A stretch of 61,121 nt of DNA, the filler included, from Acidimicrobiia bacterium (GTDB lineage Bacteria > Actinomycetota > Acidimicrobiia > Spongiisociales > CAZKJJ01): assembly GCA_046759765.1 (NCBI GenBank). It is 2 parts of 2 records of this genome, joined end to end, with 100 filler letters (N's around TTAATTAATTAA, not from the genome) between each part and the next. Parts side by side here need not be neighbours in the genome. Positions count along the whole stretch, not along the records: positions 31,173 to 61,121 come from JBHICV010000013.1; 1 more part is not named here. One strand, written 5' to 3'. Position 1 is the stretch's first letter. Each line of letters starts with the position of its first letter. This document shows positions 47,534 through 56,186 of the stretch, piece by piece. Both the position numbers and the translations under genes were made by a program. Under the pieces are notes generated by a model. That model was given only the letters and a program-made list of their open reading frames with translations, was not told where the DNA came from and ran no database searches.

Positions 47534-48555
47534 ACTGCCGCCTTGCCGCCGAGCCGGATGCGAGGATCGATCCAGGCGTAAACGACATCGATCAGGACGT
47601 TGAGCACGACATACAACACGCCCACCATGATCACGAACCCTTGCAGCGCGTCGAGGTCGTTGTTCTGGATCGCCAGGTAGGCGTACCTCCCCACACCCGG
47701 CCAAGAGAACAGGAACTCGACGATGATGTTGCCGCCCAGCATGTAGCCGAAGACGATTCCGATCGCCGTCACGATCGGAAGCAACGCATTGCGGAAACCG
47801 TCGACGAACAGGATCCTCCGTCGCGGAACTCCCATGGCCAGCGCCGTCCGCACATGATCCTGATCCATTGTCTCGATCATCGATTGTCGGACCATCTTGA
47901 GAATTGGGGCGGCCAGGATGAAGGCCAGCGTTATCACGGGAAGCGCGAGGTAGCGGAAGGCCTCAACTGCAAGGCCCGGCTGACCCCGCAGCAGGGCATC
48001 GATGGTGTAGAAGCCGGTGATGGTTTCCGGTGGGGTAGTTCCAATCGGTAATCGGTCGACCGGGCCGGGGAACCACCCCAACCTGAAGAACAAGAAATAG
48101 ATGAGCAATAGACCGAGCCAGAAGAGAGCCATCGACGAGCCGAGCACGGCGAAGACACGGGCGCCCCCGTCCACCACCGTGCCCTTCTTCGCGGCCGCCC
48201 AGATACCAAGTGGAACGCCGACAAGCGTCGCCGCCAGCACCGCGTAGAACGCCAGCTCCAGCGAAGCAGGCAGCCGACGGAGCAGCTCCTCCTCGACGCG
48301 GTCGTTCGTTCGGATAGAGATACCGAGACTGCCGATGGCAATGTTGCCGACGTAGTTGACGAACTGCTCACCGATCGGGTCATCCAGCCCGGACCTCTCG
48401 GCGATGGCTTCCACCCGCTCCGGGCTGGCGTACGGGCCCGCCCGCAGCCTGGCGCCGTCTCCCGGGAGGATCCGGACGATGAAGAACACGATCACGATGA
48501 TCCCCGCAATGGTCAGCAGGGATATCGCCACTCGCCTGGTCAAGTATCGCAACAT
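47530..48555 (-). CDS. Dpp/Opp-type ABC permease (DppB-like)
   Basis: GLDDPIGEQF, LPASLELA, VRTALAMG, VEFLFSWPGVG, DPRI. Confidence 0.93.
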   Translation of the reverse strand: MLRYLTRRVAISLLTIAGIIVIVFFIVRILPGDGARLRAGPYASPERVEAIAERSGLDDPIGEQFVNYVGNIAIGSLGISIRTNDRVEEELLRRLPASLELAFYAVLAATLVGVPLGIWAAAKKGTVVDGGARVFAVLGSSMALFWLGLLLIYFLFFRLGWFPGPVDRLPIGTTPPETITGFYTIDALLRGQPGLAVEAFRYLALPVITLAFILAAPILKMVRQSMIETMDQDHVRTALAMGVPRRRILFVDGFRNALLPIVTAIGIVFGYMLGGNIIVEFLFSWPGVGRYAYLAIQNNDLDALQGFVIMVGVLYVVLNVLIDVVYAWIDPRIRLGGKAAV

Positions 48556-48569
48556 CTCGTGACGCCGCG

Positions 48570-48601
48570 GACGCGGCCGTACTCAATTGTACGGCCGCGT
48601 C
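48570..48601. terminator. Perfect 13-bp hairpin between the substrate-binding gene and the permease gene
   Basis: GACGCGGCCGTAC-TCAATT-GTACGGCCGCGTC; typical of mRNA-stabilising or attenuating stems after SBP genes. Confidence 0.7.
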
Positions 48602-48627
48602 GCTGGTCGGCCTCTATGCCACCGGTC

Positions 48628-50322
48628 TCAGCAACCGGACTTGTCCAGCCGCCAGAACGACGAGATGTTCGTGTAGCCGCGCTCGACACCCGTGATGCAG
48701 GAGCGGACCGCCACGGTCCTGTCCGTCGCCCACAGGGTAGCCCAAGGCATCTCGGCCAGGAAGATGTCCTGCGCCTCGGCGGAGATACGGTCTCTCTCGG
48801 CCAGATCCGCGGTCCGAACGCCCTGTTGGACCAGGGCGTCGTAGTCATCGTTACACCACAGTGCATAGTTGGCGAATGACCCACAGGTGGTGAGGAAGGT
48901 CATCTGATAGAAAGGATCCTCCCCCCATGAGTACCAGTCGTGGATCTGCATCGGTAGCTCGCCGGCGGCCTGTTTGGTGGCGAAATCGGCGTCGGGAATG
49001 ATGTCGATATTCATCGTGATCCCAAGCTGGCGCAGGCTGTCCTGGATGAGCACCGCCGCCTCCTGATTGGTCGAACGCGACTCTCGCACCGTCAGCGTGA
49101 TCGCCAGGTCGCTCACGTCGACACCGGAGGCGTCGACGAAGGCTTGCGCCTTCTCGAGGTCGAGTGTTGGCCCTTTGCCGGCGAACGTATCCATATGGGT
49201 CGGCACGGGGGTGCCGGCATAGGACGCAAACCCAAACATGACCTGGTCCAGCAGCGCCTGATAGGGCACCGCGTAGGCGATCGCTTGCCGGAAGTCCTGG
49301 TTGTCGAACGGCGGGATGTTGACGTTCATGCCCAGATACTCGACCCCGCTGGTCGGCGCCGCGTAGACCGTCACGTTCGGGTCGGCCTCCAGCTCGGTGA
49401 GAAGCTGGGGCGGCAGACCCGTGGCGAGATCGAGCTCGCCCGCTAGCAGCAGCTGCGCGCGGGAGTCGGCGTTGGGAACATTGCGAACGATGATCCCGCC
49501 GTTGGCGACGGCGTCCGCGTTCCAGTAGTTGGGGTTAGGCGCCAGCTCGAGCTGCGTATCCGGATCCCACTCTCCGGTCATCGTGTACGGACCCGATCCC
49601 GCTCCGGCCTGGTCCATGGCTCGGAAAGACCAGGGATCGTCCTCCGTGGCCACCGACTCCAGGAAGTCTTTGTCCAGGGCACCGAACACCTGGAACGTCA
49701 TGAATCGCTCGAACAGCGGGCTGGCGAGGCTCGGCGTGATGACGAAAGTCTTGTCGTCGATGACCTGTAGCTGGTCCGCCGAGTCGATTCCGACAAACGG
49801 GAGCAGCAATCCGATGTAGCCCTCCCCCTGGTCGGCCGCCGACTCGATCGAGCGCTGGAACACGTATTTGTAGTCCTCGGCGGTCACCGGCTCGCCATTG
49901 GCGAACTTGTGGCCATCGCGGATCGTGAACGTGTAGGTGAGCAAGTCGTCGGAGGCCTCGAACGACACGGCCCCTCTCCCCTCATGGGTCGTGGAGCCTA
50001 ACCACTGGCCTTCAGTCTCTTCGAAGATCTGGCTGAGGAGCGGGTCGTACAGCGCGTCCGTCACCCAGTAAGCGGATGTCGTCCGGAACGTATGCGGCTC
50101 GATCACACTGACCGTGTCCGACAGCGACACCACGATCTTGGCCTTCTCGACCGCCGGTGGCTGGGTCTCGGGCGGTTGGGTCGCAGCCGGCGGCTGGGTC
50201 TCAACGGGTGGCTGGGGGGTGGGAGTGACTTCCTCCCCCGCGCACGCGGCAACTATTAGAGCCAGAGCCGCCATTAGCGCAATTGGTGATCCTCTGCGAA
50301 GTGGTGCAATCCTCAATCTCAT
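48628..50322 (-). CDS. ABC transporter substrate-binding lipoprotein (SBP_bac_5, Dpp/Opp-like)
   Basis: VAAC lipobox, (T/P)QPP repeat linker, YTFTIRDGHKFANGEPVTAED, GSGPY, PPFDNQDFRQAIAYA; RBS GAGGAGG. Confidence 0.93.
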   Translation of the reverse strand: MRLRIAPLRRGSPIALMAALALIVAACAGEEVTPTPQPPVETQPPAATQPPETQPPAVEKAKIVVSLSDTVSVIEPHTFRTTSAYWVTDALYDPLLSQIFEETEGQWLGSTTHEGRGAVSFEASDDLLTYTFTIRDGHKFANGEPVTAEDYKYVFQRSIESAADQGEGYIGLLLPFVGIDSADQLQVIDDKTFVITPSLASPLFERFMTFQVFGALDKDFLESVATEDDPWSFRAMDQAGAGSGPYTMTGEWDPDTQLELAPNPNYWNADAVANGGIIVRNVPNADSRAQLLLAGELDLATGLPPQLLTELEADPNVTVYAAPTSGVEYLGMNVNIPPFDNQDFRQAIAYAVPYQALLDQVMFGFASYAGTPVPTHMDTFAGKGPTLDLEKAQAFVDASGVDVSDLAITLTVRESRSTNQEAAVLIQDSLRQLGITMNIDIIPDADFATKQAAGELPMQIHDWYSWGEDPFYQMTFLTTCGSFANYALWCNDDYDALVQQGVRTADLAERDRISAEAQDIFLAEMPWATLWATDRTVAVRSCITGVERGYTNISSFWRLDKSGC

Positions 50323-50379
50323 AGGTCCTCCTCTTATGAGCCTGGGATGTCACTCCCCTGGTGTGAAACATAACAGTTG

Positions 50380-50398
50380 GGTTCCCTGGCAGGGAACC
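50380..50398. promoter_or_regulatory. Perfect palindrome upstream of the ABC operon
   Basis: GGTTCCCTG-G-CAGGGAACC, adjacent to a -10-like TATGTT on the minus strand. Confidence 0.4.
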
Positions 50399-50411
50399 TC
50401 CCCCGCCTTTG

Positions 50412-51464
50412 TTACGACACTGCGTCGGGAGGATGCAGATGTCGCTGGGCATAGCTGACTGCCGCCGCGTGAGCGCTTACCTGGTCCCGCTCGGCCAGAT
50501 CGAGGATTTGACGGGTGGTCTCGCCGATCGCCGAGATACGGGACTGTGCCCGTTCCCAGGAGTACTCGTTCAGCTCTTCCGCAATGTTGATGATCCCGCC
50601 CGCGTTCACGATGAAGTCGGGAGCGTAGAGGATGTCTCTGGCGGCCAGCTCGTCGGTGTCCGACGGGGAAGAGAGCTGGTTGTTGGCGGCTCCGACGATC
50701 GCCTGGCACTGCAGGCCGGGAATGGTCTGAGGGTTTAGCACTCCCCCGAGCGCACAGGGAGCGAGGATGTCGCACCGCGCGAACAAGATCTCCTCGGCGG
50801 GAAGAACGCTGACATTGCCCCGTGCCGAGACCGCATCAAGTGCCGCCCCATCGATGTCGCCGACGGTCACTTCGGCGCCCCCCTCGATGAGCAGTTCGAC
50901 TAGAGCGGACCCGACCTTGCCTACCCCTTGAACAGCAATTCGGAGCTCACCGAGCTCGGAGTTCTCCCAGAGGCGCTCGGCTACGACCTTCATCGCTGCC
51001 ATTACCCCGACCGCGGTCGCCGGCGAGGGGTCTCCGGATCCCCCGTCCTTGACGGGCAAACCGGTCACGTATGGCGTTTGCGTCCTCACCACCTTCATGT
51101 CCTTAACCGTCGTGCCCACGTCCTCGGCGGTGAGATAGCTGCCACCAAGTTTGTCGACGAACCTCCCGTACGCCTCCAACAGCGCTTCGGTCTTGTCTTG
51201 CGCCGGGTCGCCCATAATCACCGCCTTGCCGCCCCCCAGAGGCAGCTCCGCGGCGGCGGACTTGAGGGTCATGGCTCGCGCGAGATCGAGCGCGTCGTCT
51301 AGTGCTCCTTCCTCGCTCCGATAGGGATAGAACCGCGTCCCTCCCAATGCCGGGCCGCGGGCAGTCGAATGAATGGCAATGATGGCCCGGAGGCCGGTGC
51401 GTGAGTCAAACCCGAAGACGACCCTCTCGTGATCCTCTCTCTCGAGGGCCCTGAACACATCCAT
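50412..51464 (-). CDS. Glu/Leu/Phe/Val dehydrogenase (leucine/valine DH-like)
   Basis: GPALGGTR, MTLK, GGGKAVI, TAEDVGT, QGVGKVG, GAANNQ, PDFIVNAGG. Confidence 0.93.
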   Translation of the reverse strand: MDVFRALEREDHERVVFGFDSRTGLRAIIAIHSTARGPALGGTRFYPYRSEEGALDDALDLARAMTLKSAAAELPLGGGKAVIMGDPAQDKTEALLEAYGRFVDKLGGSYLTAEDVGTTVKDMKVVRTQTPYVTGLPVKDGGSGDPSPATAVGVMAAMKVVAERLWENSELGELRIAVQGVGKVGSALVELLIEGGAEVTVGDIDGAALDAVSARGNVSVLPAEEILFARCDILAPCALGGVLNPQTIPGLQCQAIVGAANNQLSSPSDTDELAARDILYAPDFIVNAGGIINIAEELNEYSWERAQSRISAIGETTRQILDLAERDQVSAHAAAVSYAQRHLHPPDAVS

Positions 51465-51520
51465 TGCCGTCGAACCGAGACTATCGACGGACCGTGCCGA
51501 CCGCTCGCCCGTACAATCCG

Positions 51521-52159
51521 ATGGACATGGCGAGGGGCCTAGATATCGGCGATCAGCATGATGTCCGTGTCATCGCGATTATTCGAGGCTGCCCACCACA
51601 GCACCTCCCGAAGATCGCGGAGGCGGCGGTATCGGCCGGCATTGGGGTGCTCGAGGTCACCTTTGATTCCGAAGAGCCCGAGAAGGGCATCACGCGGCTT
51701 CGAGAAACGCTACCGGGAGTGGCCGTAGGCGCCGGCACGGTGCTGTCCGAAGACCAGGTGGCGGCTGCCTCCGATGCCGGCGCGGAGTTCCTGGTCTCAC
51801 CTGTGACCGATCCTCATGTTCTCGGAGCTGCTCGGCAACGCGGACTCTTCATCATCCCGGGAGCAGCGACACCGACCGAGATACGGGAGGCTGTCGCGCT
51901 TGGCGCCGACGCCGTCAAGGTCTTCCCCGCGGACGCCCTCGGTGGACCCGACTACTTGCGGGCCATCCTCGCCTCACTCGGCCCTGTGCCGCTCGTGCCG
52001 ACCGGCGGCGTCAACCCCGAAAACGGGGCCGACTACCTGCAAGCCGGAGCTGCGGCGGTGGGCGTTGGCTCCAGTCTCTTCCCCTCGGATGCTCTGGAAA
52101 CGGGAGACGTCGCACGCATCGCCGCGCTCGGCGAGGCGCTCATGAGGGCGATCGCATGA
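51521..52159 (+). CDS. eda: KDPG/KHG aldolase (Eda family)
   Basis: IAIIR, LEVT, GAGTV, FLVSP, PGAATPTE, VKVFPA, VPTGGV; start uncertain (51521 or 51527). Confidence 0.88.
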   Translation: MDMARGLDIGDQHDVRVIAIIRGCPPQHLPKIAEAAVSAGIGVLEVTFDSEEPEKGITRLRETLPGVAVGAGTVLSEDQVAAASDAGAEFLVSPVTDPHVLGAARQRGLFIIPGAATPTEIREAVALGADAVKVFPADALGGPDYLRAILASLGPVPLVPTGGVNPENGADYLQAGAAAVGVGSSLFPSDALETGDVARIAALGEALMRAIA

Positions 52160-53100
52160 GCCACGACCTCGTTACCGTCGGAGAGGCAATGCTCCGCCTC
52201 TCGGTACCTCCCGGCTCGAGGCTCGAAGACTCGCCCACGCTCGACGTGACTGTGGCCGGAGCGGAAGCGAACGTTGCTATCGCTGCCGTTCGGATGGGCA
52301 GATCGGCGGCTTGGCTGTCGCGGCTCCCTGTCTCCCCTCTCGGACGGAGAGCGGCCCGTGAGATAGCCGGTCACGGAGTGGACATCTCGCACGTGCGCTG
52401 GACTGAGGATCAGAGGATGGGTACCTACTTCGTCGAGTTGGCACCGGCGCCCCGTGCCACCACCGTCATTTACGACCGGACTGACTCGGCCGCCAGTGCG
52501 ATGAGCCGTGACGATGTCGCCTGGGATGAAGTAGAGCAAGCAGGTGTGGTGCACATCTCCGGCATCACCCCGGCCCTCTCGGACTCCTGCCGCGACCTGG
52601 CCCTCGAGGTGGTGGAGCGGGCACGTACCTGTGTGCTCGACATCAACTATCGAGCCCGGCTGTGGTCGGCCGATGCCGCCAAAGCCACGCTCAGTGACTT
52701 GGCGAAGGGGGCCGACGTCGTCATCGTCACCGACGAGGACGCAGGCGACGTCTTCGGGATACGAGGTGATGCGAACCGTGTGCTGGAGGGTATGCGTGAG
52801 ACGGTCGGCGGAGGAACAGTGATCCTCACGAGGGGTGCAGAAGGCGCTGCCTGGTTGACGGACGACGGGCACGGCTCTGCCCCGAGCTTTCCAGCCGACG
52901 TGGTGGACCGCATCGGGGCAGGCGACGCTTTCGCCGCCGGCGTCGCGATCGGTGTGCTCGACCGCGACATTCCGTCCGGGGTAGTACGAGGCTTGGCTAT
53001 GGCCGCGCTGAAATTGGGGATGTACGGTGATCAACTGCGCGTCGAGCCTTCTGAGGTGGAAGCGCTGATCGCGGGAGAAGGTCGTGAGGTGATCAGATGA
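52156..53100 (+). CDS. kdgK: PfkB-family sugar kinase (2-keto-3-deoxygluconate kinase-like)
   Basis: GEAMLRL, AGAEANVA, HISGITPALS, DINYRARLW, DRIGAGDAF; ATGA overlap with eda. Confidence 0.85.
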   Translation: MSHDLVTVGEAMLRLSVPPGSRLEDSPTLDVTVAGAEANVAIAAVRMGRSAAWLSRLPVSPLGRRAAREIAGHGVDISHVRWTEDQRMGTYFVELAPAPRATTVIYDRTDSAASAMSRDDVAWDEVEQAGVVHISGITPALSDSCRDLALEVVERARTCVLDINYRARLWSADAAKATLSDLAKGADVVIVTDEDAGDVFGIRGDANRVLEGMRETVGGGTVILTRGAEGAAWLTDDGHGSAPSFPADVVDRIGAGDAFAAGVAIGVLDRDIPSGVVRGLAMAALKLGMYGDQLRVEPSEVEALIAGEGREVIR

Positions 53101-54254
53101 AGCCGGTAGCCAGACGAGCCTCGATGGAGGGGTCCGGGATCCGCGAGATCATGGACCTCGCCGATAGAACGGCGAACGTCCTACGCCTCGAGGCGGGCGA
53201 GCCGGACTTCAGCACGCCGAGCCACATCATCGAGGCCGCCGCGCAGGCGGCGGCAAGCGGTTACACCAAGTACACACCGAACCGCGGCCTGCTGGAGGTC
53301 CGCGAGTCGATGGTCCGCAAGCTGTCGGACCAGAACGGCATTCAGGTGATTCCGGAGCAGGTCGTGATCACAACGGGAGCTGTCAATGCCCTCAGCCAGG
53401 CGCTGATGGTCTTGGTCGATCCCGGCGAGTCGGTTCTCATCCCCGATCTCTCCTGGCCGAATTTCGAGATGATGGTGGCCCTCAACGAAGGGACCGCGGT
53501 CCGCTACCCGCTGCTCCCGGATCGCGGATTCGAGCCGGATCTAAACGCACTCGACGAGCTGGCTTCTTCGAGCCCCAAGGCCAAAGCGGTCATGATCAAC
53601 ACGCCGGCCAATCCCACTGGGGCGGTGTTCGACCGCCGGTTGATCGAGGCCATACTCGAGATCGCCGAGAAACACGATCTCTATGTCGTATCGGACGAGT
53701 GCTACGAGCGGATCATCTTCGAGGGCGAGCACACGAGCCCGGGCGCGCTCGATCCCGCCGGCAGGGTCATCAGCTGTTTCTCGGTGTCGAAGAGCTACGC
53801 CATGACCGGCTGGCGCCTCGGATACACGACAGCCACCCCGGAGCTCGCCAACCTGATCGCCAAGATTCAGGAGGCCGTCACGAGCTGCGCTACCGCGGTG
53901 TCGCAAAAGGCCGCTCAGGCGGCGCTGGACGGAGACCAGACGTGCGTCGCCGAGATGCGTGATTCCTACCGAAAGCGGCGCGATGTCGCGGTGGACCTGC
54001 TGGAGGAGGCCGGGCTTTTGATCTCGGTGCCCAAGGGATCCTTCTTCACCATGGTCAATACCCAGAGCACGGGCTTGGACGGCTACACGTTCTGCAAGCG
54101 GCTCTTGACCGATAAGCAAGTGGCTGTTGCGCCCGGCGAGACGTTCGGAGCCGCCGGCCGAGGCATGGTTCGAGTCTCGCTCGCCTCCGACATCGACGTG
54201 CTGCGAGAGGGTGTCTCGCGGCTGGTGGCCGCAGTCGAGGAGTGGACCCAGTAA
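53097..54254 (+). CDS. PLP-dependent aminotransferase class I/II
   Basis: GEPDF, INTPANPTG, SDECY, SVSKSYAMTGWRLG; ATGA overlap. Confidence 0.93.
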   Translation: MKPVARRASMEGSGIREIMDLADRTANVLRLEAGEPDFSTPSHIIEAAAQAAASGYTKYTPNRGLLEVRESMVRKLSDQNGIQVIPEQVVITTGAVNALSQALMVLVDPGESVLIPDLSWPNFEMMVALNEGTAVRYPLLPDRGFEPDLNALDELASSSPKAKAVMINTPANPTGAVFDRRLIEAILEIAEKHDLYVVSDECYERIIFEGEHTSPGALDPAGRVISCFSVSKSYAMTGWRLGYTTATPELANLIAKIQEAVTSCATAVSQKAAQAALDGDQTCVAEMRDSYRKRRDVAVDLLEEAGLLISVPKGSFFTMVNTQSTGLDGYTFCKRLLTDKQVAVAPGETFGAAGRGMVRVSLASDIDVLREGVSRLVAAVEEWTQ

Positions 54255-54258
54255 GCCC

Positions 54259-55260
54259 TTAGTTAGGCGGTTCCGCTCCGGTGGAGACGAGGATCTTGAC
54301 GTCGTGGCGCGCGTGGGTGGCTAGATCCTCGAACGCTTGCGGTGCGTCATCGAAGTCGACTACATCCCCGATCAGAGGACCTACGTCGAGCTCGCCGTCG
54401 CGTAAGCGGGAGACAGCCTCATTGAAGATGTTGTGCGTATAGCCAAACGAGCCGACGATCGTCCGCTCGGAGACAACGACCTCGAACAGAGGAATGGACA
54501 CCTCGGGCACCCCCAACCCCACGAAGCAGATGATGCCGCCCTTCTTAACGGCAGCTATGGCCGCTTCTGCCGTGACCGACGTACCGACCGCGTCGACTGC
54601 GCCGTCGAAGGGGCCTAAGTCGGAGACGAACTCCGGCCCGACGGCGTCGAAGCCGGCGTTCGTTGCGATACGTCTCCGTCCCTCAACAAGGTCTGACAAG
54701 GTGACTTCCGCGCCGTCGACGCGTGCCGCTTGTGCCACTGCCTGGCCGATCATCCCGGCCCCCACAACAAGGACCCTGTCGTCCTCCCGCACATCCAGAC
54801 GTCTCGAGACTTGCAGGCCGACTGCCAGCGGCTCCACGGTGGCTGCTTGGTCGATTGACAAGCTTTGCGTCGGAACGACGCGGTTAGAAGGTACAACGAT
54901 TGCGTCAGCAAAGGCGCCCTGGAGCTCAGGAGTGATTCCGATCACTTGCAGTCGCAGGCAACGCTGCGGGACAACATGGTCGCACGAGCCGTCGCACGGC
55001 AGGGTGGGATTAAACGTGACTAGGTCGCCAATCGCCAACCCATGTACGCGCGAGCCGATCTCATCGACCCAGCCGCTGGCCTCGTGGCCCATCACCATCC
55101 CGGGCTGGCGGCGACCGGATTCGCCGGTGTACCCATGCAGGTCCGACCCACAGATCCCGACCCGGGCAATCCGAATACGGACTTCGTCGTCCGCGGGCTG
55201 AGGCAGCGGCCGCTCCTCCATCACGAACCGATGGGGAGCGTCGAAGACCATCACTCGCAT
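54259..55260 (-). CDS. Zinc-dependent alcohol/polyol dehydrogenase (MDR family)
   Basis: GICGSDLH, GHEASG, VEPLAV, VGAGMIG. Confidence 0.9.
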   Translation of the reverse strand: MRVMVFDAPHRFVMEERPLPQPADDEVRIRIARVGICGSDLHGYTGESGRRQPGMVMGHEASGWVDEIGSRVHGLAIGDLVTFNPTLPCDGSCDHVVPQRCLRLQVIGITPELQGAFADAIVVPSNRVVPTQSLSIDQAATVEPLAVGLQVSRRLDVREDDRVLVVGAGMIGQAVAQAARVDGAEVTLSDLVEGRRRIATNAGFDAVGPEFVSDLGPFDGAVDAVGTSVTAEAAIAAVKKGGIICFVGLGVPEVSIPLFEVVVSERTIVGSFGYTHNIFNEAVSRLRDGELDVGPLIGDVVDFDDAPQAFEDLATHARHDVKILVSTGAEPPN

Positions 55261-55454
55261 GGGTTCACCTCGGTGGCCTAACTGAGAGTCCGAACGGATT
55301 CATAGCAGAGCCGAGCAACGGCTTCGCGGTCGCAGGGTGAGATATCGCACAGAGCTACACGAAGCAGTGCGATTCTGCCGGCCGGTTGTGCGTAGATCCG
55401 TGCGACGTGAAGACAGCTAGCCGGGGAGGACTTGCCCGAAGGGGACGTGAGTAC

Positions 55455-55991
55455 TCAGCCGAGCCAGCTCAGCATGCCTCCACCGATGAGCATCCCGAGT
55501 CCTATCAGCAAGACGCGGTTTGGGGTCCATTTCTCCGTAAACCGAGCAGCGACGGGCGCCTCTAGCTGCGCGACCAGCGCCGCGAACAACAAGAAGGCGC
55601 CGAGCACGGATGCCACCACCGCGAGCTGTCCGCGGGCCACGACCGCGAGGACCACGAGTGCTATCGCCAGAGCAGCGGCCACCATTCTCCACCGACGGGC
55701 GAGCCGGGTCCGGGACGAGATCGCCGAGTCATACGATGCAAACTCAGGTATCACCTCGTACTTGAACTCGAGAAGGTTGTCGGGAGCAAAGATGAAGCTC
55801 TCCCCGTCGAGCCATACCCGGAAACGGTCTGCCGACACCTGCTCCGCGTCCCACCCGATCCGCGTCCAGGCGCCAAGGGTCTGATCGGCTGTGGTCAAGG
55901 TGAGGGAGTCCTCGGCGATACGAAGGCTGACGCGCAGGTCTGGACCCACCTCGCCCATATCGAGGTAGAGGTATCCGTCGAGGAACCTCAC
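55455..55991 (-). CDS. Hypothetical membrane protein
   Basis: Soluble beta-rich N-terminal part followed by about three C-terminal TM helices; start uncertain. Confidence 0.55.
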   Translation of the reverse strand: MRFLDGYLYLDMGEVGPDLRVSLRIAEDSLTLTTADQTLGAWTRIGWDAEQVSADRFRVWLDGESFIFAPDNLLEFKYEVIPEFASYDSAISSRTRLARRWRMVAAALAIALVVLAVVARGQLAVVASVLGAFLLFAALVAQLEAPVAARFTEKWTPNRVLLIGLGMLIGGGMLSWLG

Positions 55992-56186
55992 GCGTCGATC
56001 GCCAGCCCCGCCCTTGGTCCCAACCACGGATAGTGATGCTAACAACCACTCTCCGTGCTTGTCTATTAGGGCACCGCACCTGTGTCGTGATCCTCGGGGC
56101 GGTCTGCAGCTTCTGGTGGACGCGACCACTGAAGAGAGTGACTTTCCAGACCTGTAGGATCATCCCTCCCTGCGAGAAGGCAAGCC

